A stretch of 64,000 bases of DNA, taken from NCBI GenBank assembly GCA_002269645.1, contig NIVC01001279.1, forward strand, positions 258,503-322,502, written 5' to 3'. The number at the start of each line of letters is the position of its first letter. Within the stretch, counting starts at the first letter, position 1. A program made the translations under genes and the position numbers. Positions 12,042 through 24,116 of the stretch are shown here, piece after piece. The DNA comes from Macrostomum lignano (Eukaryota). A model generated the notes under the pieces. The model made no database searches and was not told where the DNA came from. It was given only the letters and a program-made list of their open reading frames with translations.

Positions 12042-13172
12042 TCAAGTCACAACCGACCCAAAGCGCGCATACCCGTCGGCCTGCAGCTCTCGTTCCCGCT
12101 GTTTCTGCAGCGATCGACGCAGCTTCGCTTGCTGCCGCAGCTGCTTTTCCAGACGCTTCCGAAGGCACCGGCGTCGGCTACGGTGCTGACGCAACCGCCG
12201 TCGCCGCCTGTACTTCTGCATGCTGCTGCGCAGGAACCATCGCACCGATCGGCTGTAGCAAAGGAGCACCAGAAAGTTCAGGCAGGAGTCAACCGGTACG
12301 AACACCATGCCCCAGGTGGCCAGCTCCTCCAGCACCTGCAGCCTGGCAAAATCAGATTGGTCCAACGGCAGTGTCAAACTGTTCAACAGGTAGCCGCAGG
12401 TGACGGTATAGGTTATAGCCAGTGGAGACTCGAGTAGCACGAAGCCGATGGACAGAGTCAGAACCATCTTCGTCACCCGGTTGGTGGCCCGGTGCGGCGC
12501 CAGTCGGTAGCGCAGGGCGTGCGCGATCTTGGCGGTAGCGGCCAGAATCGCCAGGCCTGGCAGCATGACGCCAAGAGCGGCGAAGCTCACCGACTTGATG
12601 AGGTAGACGCGAATATAAGCCACGAGAGCATTCTCCGCAGTTGCATTGGCTTGCTTATCCACTGCACCAGTCAGCGTGGGACTTCTAGCGAGCAGAGTCA
12701 GAGTCGAGAGGCACACAATCAAGCACACAATCGAGAACTGATGCCTGCCGCGAAAATAGTCATTCCGTTGGGCGGCCAGCTGAGGCCGCACCGTGATGGC
12801 CATTCGGTGCAGAGTGACGGCCAGCAGCCAGTAGTTGCGAGTCATCTGAACGGCGTGAACTCCGAGCCCGAGCTCCTGCGGCAGAGCTCCGGGGTCCTTG
12901 GCCGCCATCATGCTGATGAACAGCGACAGTAGGGCCACACTGAGCAGTATTTCCATAACAGTGAGCACCTGCATGCCGGCAGAGCGTTCGCGCACCTGGC
13001 TGCGAATCAGGATGAACAGCAGAAACGAGTTCAGCACGAGGGCGAATGTGGCGAATGTTGCCACTAGTCCGATGGCCGCTTGAGTCGACATGGAAACGTC
13101 TTTGAAGCCAGCAATGGCCGGAGCGGATGAGTTCATGCCATTGGTAGCATTCTCAAGCAGGTCGGCGTCCAT
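12042..13172 (-). CDS. Second copy of the 376-aa orphan GPCR (palindrome mirror)
   Basis: Translation identical to 5802..6932 in the ORF track. Confidence 0.85.
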   Translation of the reverse strand: MDADLLENATNGMNSSAPAIAGFKDVSMSTQAAIGLVATFATFALVLNSFLLFILIRSQVRERSAGMQVLTVMEILLSVALLSLFISMMAAKDPGALPQELGLGVHAVQMTRNYWLLAVTLHRMAITVRPQLAAQRNDYFRGRHQFSIVCLIVCLSTLTLLARSPTLTGAVDKQANATAENALVAYIRVYLIKSVSFAALGVMLPGLAILAATAKIAHALRYRLAPHRATNRVTKMVLTLSIGFVLLESPLAITYTVTCGYLLNSLTLPLDQSDFARLQVLEELATWGMVFVPVDSCLNFLVLLCYSRSVRWFLRSSMQKYRRRRRLRQHRSRRRCLRKRLEKQLRQQAKLRRSLQKQRERELQADGYARFGSVVT

Positions 13173-13416
13173 CTGCTTGGCTTGACAGTTTGGTCGTCGG
13201 GGTGCAATGAGTTGTTTTTACTCTCCGTGTTAGCAACTGCGCGCTCGCTGAAGCAGCGCAGATCGCCGAGGAGACAGGAAATAAGTAGACAGAGCTGTCC
13301 TAACTGAATGTAGGAGGCAGAGCAGCCTCTGATCTGATTGGCTGAGAAAGTGATTGGATTGTGATGGTGCAGTATTGCTTTCTAGTGCTTGAAGTTTAAT
13401 ACAACAGAAGGGGGCT

Positions 13417-14499
<1,083 letters not shown>

Positions 14500-17288
14500 T
14501 TGTTTGTTGATTGAATAACTTAGTGAGTGATTTATAATTTTATTTACTTAATGGTAGATTAATCATTAACTTTAATAATTTTTAACAAGTAAAGTCAGCC
14601 ACTGTAGCAAACAAAAACAAACAAAGCTTTCTCGAGCCGCAGTATTACGTGCGCTAGGTTGACCCTTCCAGTAAAATAATAATTCTGTGCGCTCTTTTGT
14701 TCGCTCTATTCATGTGATTCCTTCCCACCTCTTCGGCCTAACTGCCTGACTGGGTATCAGCTGCACAGGGATTGAGGACGTGTCTGCACTAATGCGTCAC
14801 TCTGAACGTCTCTCGCCGCGCATTGTTCCCACGCATCTGAGCGATGGGTTGCTCGGGTCTACCGGGGTAATTTTCTGTCGAAAAAGCTCTGCCCTCTCAA
14901 TTTTTGCAATCCTATACTTTTCATTGCTTGCTCGCGAATTGAAGCTTGCAACCCATCATTTCCTGAGACTCTCAAGGCACTTAGGGTTGCCGTCTATCTT
15001 CAGTATAGCCAAATGCCAACTGTGCATTCCCAAATCAAGCCAAGCAAAAGTCAGGCAATCCTGCCAGAAGATATCTCGGATCAGATCAAATAAAATAACT
15101 CCGCTGAACCGTCAAAAGTCTAAAGGACAACCTCACACTGAGCCCTTAGCTTAATTGTGGACTCGTAGATGCTAGTAAAATAATTTTCATATCTTTAAGG
15201 CTTGTCGAAGGTTAATTAATTAGGAATGATGATATCTGAAGCAATCTGACTGTCTCTGCAAGTTGTATATTTCCTGCTTAGAGTCACCACTACGAAAGTA
15301 TTCTTGAGCGATGGAGGTTTGTTAAAGCTAGACAGGATTTAACCTACTGCCTTTCTCAAGGACGGCTGTTCAGAAAGCAGGAAGTTTCACACGAGCTTAG
15401 TGCTAAGCGTCTGAAAAGTATGGATAAGAAAAATGAATCCTCCGCAGACGTAAAGCCAAGGACTGCTTAAGTAGAAGGATGGGAAACTGCAGGTTTTTTC
15501 CCATTGCATTGTCTTTTTTACAGACATGTAGTCATTCTGTTACACATTTAGTTGCACTGTCATTAAGCTACGAATGCTACAATAGATTCATAAAATCAAT
15601 GAGGGGAGTCGAGCTGCGCCATTCCTGTGATTTTTTATTTATGATGATTTATAATATATGAGCTATAAGATAGACATATCAAGAGATGGACATTGGGTCT
15701 CCCTTCTGTATTCAAAAGCAATAAAAATGTTTGTGCTGAAAAAAATGAAAAAAACTCCTATCTCCATAGTGTATGTTTTTGGTAAAAACTGCCTCCTAAA
15801 ATTTTCCAAGGAGGCTTTCATGTCTCTCTTTTCTCTGAAATCTGGATCAAACAGAGCCAGGGTAACCACATGTGATAGGCAAATTTCCAACGGATATCGA
15901 ATTTCATTGCATTTCCTGAAAAAACAAGCGAAAGGATTGCCTGTAGAGAGTCTTGTCGAGGACCGCTTAGTAAAGTCGAATCAAGAAGGTCTTGTATGAA
16001 GATAATCTTTGAGCTGGTTTAGTTTGGCTGATTGCCTAGAGGTAAGCTACACTAAAGCTGGGAGACCTTGTACCGGAACCTTTATTGAGCACCAACTGTT
16101 CCCTCCAATCCTTATTGGCAGACATTATTCAGCTGATTTCAGCTTGTAATTTTATAAAAAAAGGACTGGACCTTCGCTTTTGACAGCACAATGACATTCG
16201 ATAGAGGTAATGATGGGACTGAAATTTGAATTATTGTGCCCAAAACTCGGTCAATAGTAAAACATTTCTGCATCATTTCAGGCTCTTGAAATTGTTTGTT
16301 GTTTGCTGTTGTTGAAAATGTATAAAAGTGTTCGTTGCGTTTCGTTGAGAAAGTATGTACGCTTTCACTCCAGGTATTCCAGATTTCCCGGACTTAAAAT
16401 ATTAGTGCAAGTGCATTTGCTCATTGAAGTACCCACAGAGAATATGATGTCTGATAACTGCATCAACAGAAAATACTTTAACGGTAGATTTAACGGTATC
16501 GAGTGAATATTTCTACACGGAAATTAAAATTTTCCTTCCTTCAAAATGGAAAGCAAAATAGATGAAAACATTTACAGTGTTGGATAGCTACCTTCTAATA
16601 GATTTGCCCGCATCAAAGTGTCATAAATGTCTAGGTTGATGGCGTTCCGTCTTAGCGACTTAATTTTTTGCTCAAAATTGAATTCCAATTTAAGCATCTA
16701 AGCAGCTCACGCAGAGCAAAGCAGACGATATGAAAGTAGAAACTTCTTCTGCCTCGTGCTCATACTCAAGCTAGTTGCAGTAGCTCGTATGCAACAGTCT
16801 TGATATGACTATAAAATTTGCATTTACCAAAAGTTTTAATTTATCTGCATGAATTCTTTCGTCTTCATCTGTTCGCGTGCAAAGCTTACGAATATTTCTG
16901 CTTTGAGATTAGAGCGTAAAAGTGCCGTAAAACCTTTTGTAAACGAATAATTTATCACATAGTTGTTAAAAATTTGGTTAAAATAGCTGGTATATCCAAG
17001 TCGATAGAAATATGACACGGGATTGCACGTGGAACTATGACTATCTAATGTTGGAAAAATGATAGGGTAGCATGTGCATTTCCCCTAGATGTATACGAAC
17101 GAACTTTCAACATCCGATCCAGCTCACCAGCCATACCTTTTGACTTAATTCGGCCTGACCAATGTGCAGTAGCTATATACAACAGAGAGTACCATCAAAG
17201 TTTCTTTACAGTCCGGCAATATGTTAGTTAATACTTTTTTTGAGGATTAACCACTAAATGTATATAATTTTATAGATTTTTGGCAATA

Positions 17289-17298
17289 TACGAGCGTA
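17289..17298. other. TA-CGAGCG-TA insertion (probable DNA transposon excision footprint); empty allele at 1803-1804 in the other arm
   Basis: Right arm reads GGCAATA-TA-CGAGCG-TA-TTAGTCTG. The left-arm reverse complement reads GGCAATA-TA-TTAGTCTG. Confidence 0.75.
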
Positions 17299-17933
17299 TT
17301 AGTCTGATCAATCTCATTCTCAATTATGTCACTCAATTAACTAACATTTCATCAGAATCGACTCTTGTTGAATATCATAATATCATTAATCCAGCGGTTT
17401 GCTCTAGTGGCAGCGGTATCAACCTCAATCGAGGCATTGCCACTTTCAATCGAGCTTCGTTTTTATCATATCCTGCACTGAAAGGGTATTTAATAGGTCT
17501 ATAAATATTTGCAAAAAGGTGTCAATTAAATAGCAATTAATTTTGATATGCTGAATATTGAATTGGCAAGAGTAGAAGACTTGACAATCGATCTCAGCTC
17601 ATAATCGTTTTCGTTTGATCTTTGATCACTACTCATTAATATTATGTGTTTTGTCTATTTTCTCGCGCGCGTTATTGTCCATTGACAAAAATACACAGAT
17701 ATATAGATTTTTCTGGACATTATGTAATGCGTTATCCGTAATTTCATTTGGTAATACTCAATAATATCCCGTAAAATCTTTTCGTTTTTTCTACAGTACA
17801 GCAAAGCTGGGACGAGTCTATTACAGACGCCATCGTTGAAGCTGATTTGAGCTATAAAACTTTGCCTCTAAACCATTTCAACCACTTCACCCAACTTCGC
17901 ATCACTTCTTTTGGCTTCTTTTTGACTATTTTA

Positions 17934-19426
17934 ATGGTCAAAGCCGTGCAGGAATGACTACGTCTATGGTTGAAAGAGAAAGCCGTGCAGGAATGACTAC
18001 ATGTACATCTATGGTCGAAAGAGAGAGCCGTGCAGGAATGACTACATGTACATCTATGGTCAAAAGCGAGAGCCGTGCAGGAATGACTACATGTACATCT
18101 ATGGTCAAAAGCGAGAGCCGTGCAGGAATGACTACATGTACATCTATGGTCAAAAGCGAGAGCCGTGCAGGAATGACTACATGTACATCTATGGTCGAAA
18201 GAGAGAGCCGTGCAGGAATGACTACATGTACATCTATGGTCGAAAGAGAAAGCCGTGCAGGAATGACTACATGTACATCTATGGTCGAAAGAGAAAGCCG
18301 TGCAGGAATGACTACATGTACATCTATGGTCAAAAGCGAGAGCCGTGCAGGAATGACTACATGTACATCTATGGTCGAAAGAGAGAGCCGTGCAGGAATG
18401 ACTACATGTACATCTATGGTCGAAAGAGAAAGCCGTGCAGGAATGACTACATGTACATCTATGGTCGAAAGAGAGAGCCGTGCAGGAATGACTACATGTA
18501 CATCTATGGTCGAAAGAGAGAGCCGTGCAGGAATGACTACATGTACATCTATGGTCGAAAGAGAAAGCCGTGCAGGAATGACTACATGTACATCTATGGT
18601 CGAAAGAGAAAGCCGTGCAGGAATGACTACATGTACATCTATGGTCGAAAGAGAAAGCCGTGCAGGAATGAGTACATGTACATCTATGGTCGAAAGAGAA
18701 AGCCGTGCAGGAATGACTACATGTACATCTATGGTCAAAAGCGAGAGCCGTGCAGGAATGACTACATCTATGGTCGAAAGAGAAAGCCGTGCAGGAATGA
18801 CTACATCTATGGTCGAAAGAGAAAGCCGTGCAGGAATGACTACATGTACATCTATGGTCAAAAGTGAGAGCCGTGCAGGAATGACTACATGTACATCTAT
18901 GGTCAAAAGCGAGAGCCGTGCAGGAATGACTACATGTACATCTATGGTCAAAAGCGAGAGCCGTGCAGGAATGACTACATGTACATCTATGGTCAAAAGC
19001 GAGAGCCGTGCAGGAATGACTACATGTACATCTATGGTCAAAAGCGAGAGCCGTGCAGGAATGACTACATGTACATCTATGGTCAAAAGCGAGAGCCGTG
19101 CAGGAATGACTACATGTACATCTATGGTCAAAAGCGAGAGCCGTGCAGGAATGACTACATGTACATCTATGGTCAAAAGCGAAAGCCGTGTAGGAATGAC
19201 TACATGTACATCTATGGTCAAAAGCGAAAGCCGTGTAGGAATGACTACATGTACATCTATGGTCAAAAGCGAAAGCCGTGTAGGAATGACTACATGTACA
19301 TCTATGGTTGAAGGATAAAGCCTTGCAGGAATGACTACATGTACATCTATGGTTGAAAGAGAAAACCGTGCAGGAATTACTACATGTACATCTATGGTCG
19401 AAAGCGAAAGCCGTGCAGGAATGACT
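17934..19426. repeat. 45-bp tandem array (~33 units; ATGTACATCTATGGTCGAAAGAGAGAGCCGTGCAGGAATGACTAC), with a few 39-bp units
   Basis: Periodicity read directly (18001, 18046, ...); 15-aa periodic ORFs. Confidence 0.97.
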
Positions 19427-19659
19427 GCAAGAATTATGGATAGGAGCCAACAACGTTCATTCAATGTATTTTTATTGAAATGCATCTCAAATATGCTAAG
19501 CCAAAGCTTCCATTGTTTTTTTGATTGTTAAATTCTAAATTTAGAACGCATCAACTTAAACTGTTTTTCTGCGTTTATTCTTTGCTGAACTGCTCAAAAT
19601 ATATTTTCAACGTCACTACGAAGCCATGCAATGCCTCAGCTAAATTCAACTGATTTCAG

Positions 19660-20027
19660 AATTCCCAAGAAAATCAATTTGCGTCCACCCCACCATACCC
19701 ATCGTTCTTCATTATCCTCAATGATAATCACCTCTCATAGGCCTGCCGCTGAGAATCACACCTAATCTACCAATTCCTAAGAATAATTTCAGATTTACCA
19801 ACCCTTGAGAATCACTCCCGATCTAAACAGCCTCTGAGAATCACTCCCGATCCAACCGACCCTTGAGAATCACTCCCGATCCAACGAGCCTTTGAGAATC
19901 ACTCCCGATCCAACCAGCCTCTGAGAATCACTCCCGATCCAACGAGCCTTTGAGAATCACTCCCGATCCAACCAGCCTCTGAGAATCACTCCCAATCCAA
20001 CCGACCCCAAAGAATCACTCCCGATCC
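19660..20027. repeat. 29-bp minisatellite (GAGAATCACTCCCGATCCAACCGACCCTT), degenerate toward the 5' end
   Basis: Unit starts at 19807, 19836, 19865, 19894, ... Confidence 0.9.
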
Positions 20028-20302
20028 CCGTTTCCATTGCACTCCTTCTGATACCCTCGGTGAACCATTTACAATCCTATATACTAAAAATGGTCTGTCG
20101 GTAGGTACATATGTGGATATGTGATCGGTTGAGCAAAAACGGCTCAACCGATGCCTCTCAGTTTACGTTTAGGTTTTCCGTTCCAGTAGAAACAATGGGA
20201 GCGACAATGACGCGAAAATAGACAGACTTTTTATTTTGAACTTGCACAACAAACAGCCAGAATGAATCAATGAACTAATCTAAAAACAGAGTACAAGCCT
20301 CT

Positions 20303-21677
20303 TTAATCAAATTTCTCTTGTTCATCCTTTTTCGATGAGCAGCTGTAGATGAGCAGAAAGGAGCTGGTAATGATGAAGTTGAGCACAATTAGGACGAACC
20401 CGATGAACCAGATGACAGCCAACGACATCTTTGTGCTGCTATTTTCACCGAGCTTCAGTTCCTTTGTGAACTCGAACCCTGCAGCCAAGTTTGAGGCGTT
20501 CAAGTTCAGAAATCTAATATATTGTGATGTGAGCACAATAGGAAGAGGAAGAGGAAGTAAGGGGACCCTCAGGAACTCGTAAAGTGAGTACTTTACCATT
20601 CTGTGTGGTGAAGTGATAATTCTGAGTGGTAAAGTGACCATTCTGAGTGATAAAGTGACCATTCTGAGTGGTAGAGTGACCATTCCGAGGGGGTAAAGTG
20701 ACCATTCTGAGTGGTAGAGTGACCATTCCGAGGGGGTAAAGTGACCATTCTGAGTGGTAGAGTGACCATTCTGAGTGGTAGAGTGACCATTCCGAGGGGG
20801 TAAAGTGACCATTCTGAGTGGTAGAGTGACCATTCTGAGTGGGTAAAGTGACCATTCTGAGTGGTAGAGTGACCATTCTGAGTGGTAGAGTGACCATTCT
20901 GAGTGGTAGAGTGACCATTCCGAGGGGGTAAAGTGACCATTCTGAGTGGTAGAGTGACCATTCTGAGTGGTAGAGTGACCATTCTGAGTGGTAGAGTGAC
21001 CATTCTGAGTGGTAGAGTGACCATTCCGAGGGGGTAAAGTGACTATTCTGAGTGGTAGAGTGACCATTCTGAGTGGTAGAGTGACCATTCCGAGGGGTAA
21101 AGTGACGATTCGGAGTGGCCCGGTTATCATCGTTACGAGTAGCTCAGCAAAAATCTCTGCCAATCAAAGCGACTAAGCCGTTACACTTACGTGTGGTTGT
21201 CACGCCAACAATGGCGCACACAATGCAGCAAATTCCGCAGTTAATTAACCAGAAAGACAGAATAGTAAAAAACTGCACCTCCCAGGGAGGCACCAATCGA
21301 GATTTAGACATGATAATTTTCTCCTTCATCGGCCGGCTTCCTAGATAGTTGATGATATCCTGATGCAGTGACGGGTCGTCATTAAACACTTTCTGCACAT
21401 CGATGCTGTTTTCGTGGACATCGGTGTACCTCTTGTCCTCGGACTTCTGATCATGGTGCACCTGCTCTTCCGCTAGTTGATTTAACAGAGTCGACCTTCG
21501 TTCAAGTTCTTGATGCTCCACCAGTTTATCGACAGCTGTAGGAGATGCAGCAGGTTGATTGCTGACATTTTCGTCGACGCTGTCCTTGTCTCTTGATTCA
21601 TCGCACTGATTATTGTTGGCGCAGTTAAGAAACTGAGAATACACGTAATATTCATAGTTTTCGGCTAGAAATGACAT
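20303..21677 (-). CDS. Predicted two-exon orphan membrane protein (~220 aa; acidic N-terminus, two hydrophobic helices); exons 21677-21191 and 20478-20303
   Basis: Canonical GTAAGT donor at 21190 and CTGCAG acceptor at 20479 are phase-compatible (487+176 nt). The join is CAIVGVTTT-R-FEFTKEL. AATAAA lies ~70 nt past the stop (plus-strand 20230-20235). Confidence 0.55.
20592..21118. repeat. 21/22-bp minisatellite (GTGACCATTCTGAGTGGTAGA / GTGACCATTCCGAGGGGGTAAA), intronic
   Basis: Two interleaved unit types read directly. Confidence 0.95.
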
Positions 21678-22012
21678 TTTGGACTAGAAATTTGACCCAG
21701 GCCATGGATAAAGTAATCCTTTTTCGACGGGCTCAAGATTGGGGGCGATACCGCTTGGTTTATTTCATAGACACTGCGCATGATGGTGTTAAAATATGCC
21801 AGCAATTTTAAAAAGCCAAGGTCCAGTGCTAAGTTTATATTTACATTTGTAGAAGTGATCATGCATGAAAGAAAGAACTCAATCGCAAGAAAGTCGAATT
21901 ATTTAGGACGGGCCATAGACAAATTTTCAAACAAAGATGATTTCCAGCTTCTCATCAAAGATCAATGGCCATTCACAGACCATTCAATGGGGGATTCACG
22001 GACCATTGATTT

Positions 22013-23210
22013 TTGCTATTTCCTAAATTTTCACTCACAGAATTTTTAAAACCTAAAAATATAACGAATCTTCGAGCATTCTTTGGTCTTGTTAACCAAG
22101 TTGGAAAATTTACTCCAGAAGTTGTGGAGGTAACAGGCCCGCTAGGACCGCTGCTATCAAAAAAAGAACATGTTTCAGTGGGGACAAGAACGGCAAGATG
22201 CTTTTGAAAAGGCCCGCAGCCACCTCGCAAACACGTCTACCCTTGCCTACGACAAGGCGGGATCCAGGTTCATCTCTACTGGTACCGAATTTAGATCCGC
22301 AATGATTAAGCTAGAATTGTTGGCCGTGGTCTGGGCGACACAGAAGTGTAGGCTTTTCCTAGAAGGTCTGTCTGAGTTCGACATCGTTACTGACCACAAG
22401 CCCCTAGTTCCGATTCTGAACAGCTACCAGCTGGACCTGATCGAGATCCCCAGAATCCAGCGCTTGAGAGCTAAACTGGAACGCCATGCAAGATGGGTTA
22501 AAGGCAAGGATAATGCACCTGTAGACTACCCGACTCAACAGGACGAGCTAGCAGAATCAGCAGACTTTCACCTGTCACACCAACTCATGCTACCAAGAAA
22601 ATCACTCCTGATCCACCCGACCCTTAAGAATCACTCCCGATCCAACCGACCCCTGAGAATCACTCCCGATCCAACCGACCCCTGAGAATCACTCCCGATC
22701 CAACCGACCCCTGAGAATCACTCCCGATCCAACCGACCCTTGATGCTACCAAATGCAAAACTGGACCCTAGCTTGTGTTGAGTGCAAGAAAGCACGACTG
22801 TTGTTCAGGATCTGCAGGACCTAAAGCAGCACAATACAGACGGATTTCCGAACGACAAGACCAATATGCCCAACAATGTGCGCCCATTCTGGAATGTGCG
22901 TGAAGAGATTACCGTCGGAGACGGGATCATCCTCTGCTGCTGAAGTTGATGCAGCGTTCCATGAGCCATGAGAAAGCAGATTCTTACACACCAAGGACTT
23001 ACCAAGACAAAACAGAGGTCTTGCACTGGCCAGGCCTCGACCGAGACATTGAGAGCGCTATAAGACAATGTAAGTCGTTCCAGGAACACCTCCCATCCCA
23101 AGTTAAGGAGCCCATGAGCATATTAAATCCACCAGAACATTGTTTTCAGCGCATATAAGCAGATTTCTGCGAACACGCCAACAAAAAGTTCCTGGTTGAT
23201 TGTGGACGCC
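22013..23210 (+). pseudogene. Degenerate Ty3/Gypsy pol remnant (RT thumb, RNase H, integrase Zn-finger region)
   Basis: LRAFFGLVNQVGKF, FQWGQERQDAFEK, KLELLAVVWATQKCRLFLEG..FDIVTDHKPLVPIL, GFP..RPFWNVREEITVGDGII, HWPGLDRDIE..IRQCKSFQ; frameshifts and stops. Confidence 0.9.
22597..22742. repeat. Five-unit insertion of the 29-bp minisatellite inside the Gypsy pol, flanked by 10-bp direct repeat ATGCTACCAA
   Basis: Direct repeats at 22587-22596 and 22743-22752; same unit as 19807-20027. Confidence 0.88.
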
Positions 23211-23802
23211 CATTGCCTCCAAATAGGCCTCGATGGTCGCTTGTCATGCGTCAAACTCGTCTATAGAATCTACTGCTAGATCGAGACGGAGGATTTAAAG
23301 CCCAGGAAGCCTGAACCGACTGGTACCAGGTACTTGCAGTCATAACAGCGGCTCTTGGTCTCATTGGCGATATCAAAATCACGGGGGCCTGTGACCCCAT
23401 CGCTGGATTCGGGCTTTTGCTCATTAATTTGACTGCACTTTGAATCGAGCCTGGGTCGCTGGGACACAAGAGAGCCGCGCTAGACGACTAGGCTACGCCC
23501 CGTCACTTTTTGTCTTCACGTTGACAACCAATTCTCCAGGCCAATTATTTTCCATGGACCAGCTTCGGCTCTTAGAATTTTACAAGCATATTCCTCGAAG
23601 GCATGATGATGTACCTTCTCGTAAATCGTAACAAAAATATTGCTAAACGCACTGCCATATGCGGTTAAAAACACTCACTCCAAAGTATCGCGATTATTGA
23701 ATGGAATAATTTCAAGTGGGTTTTATTGAATTGTGGATTTGCGAAAATTTGCGACAGCGAATGTGAAACTCTAAAACTTTAGAGTTTAGTTAGTGAACGA
23801 GT

Positions 23803-24116
23803 GTCAGCCAGTCAGTCAGTCAGTCAGTCAGCCAGTCAGTCAGTCAGTCAGTCAGTCAGTCAGTCAGTCAGTCAGTCAGTCAGTCAGTCAGTCAGTCAGT
23901 CAGTCAGTCAGTCAGTCAGTCAGTCAGTCAGTCAGTCAGTCAGTCAGTCAGTCAGTCAGTCAGTCAGTCAGTCAGTCAGTCAGTCAGTCAGTCAGTCAGT
24001 CAGTCAGTCAGTCAGTCAGTCAGTCAGTCAGTCAGTCAGTCAGTCAGTCAGTCAGTCAGTCAGTCAGTCAGTCAGTCAGTCAGTCAGTCAGTCAGTCAGT
24101 CAGTCAGTTAGTCAGT
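23803..24116. repeat. (CAGT)n microsatellite
   Basis: Read directly. Confidence 0.99.

Noticed and set aside
5891-13083. Numerous overlapping antisense or alternate-frame ORFs over the GPCR and Gypsy sequences
   Set aside because: Expected shadows of GC-rich coding DNA.
17934-19426. CRISPR-like appearance of regular arrays (also the 29-, 33- and 48-bp arrays)
   Set aside because: Units are head-to-tail with no unique spacers, there are no cas genes, and the context is eukaryotic.
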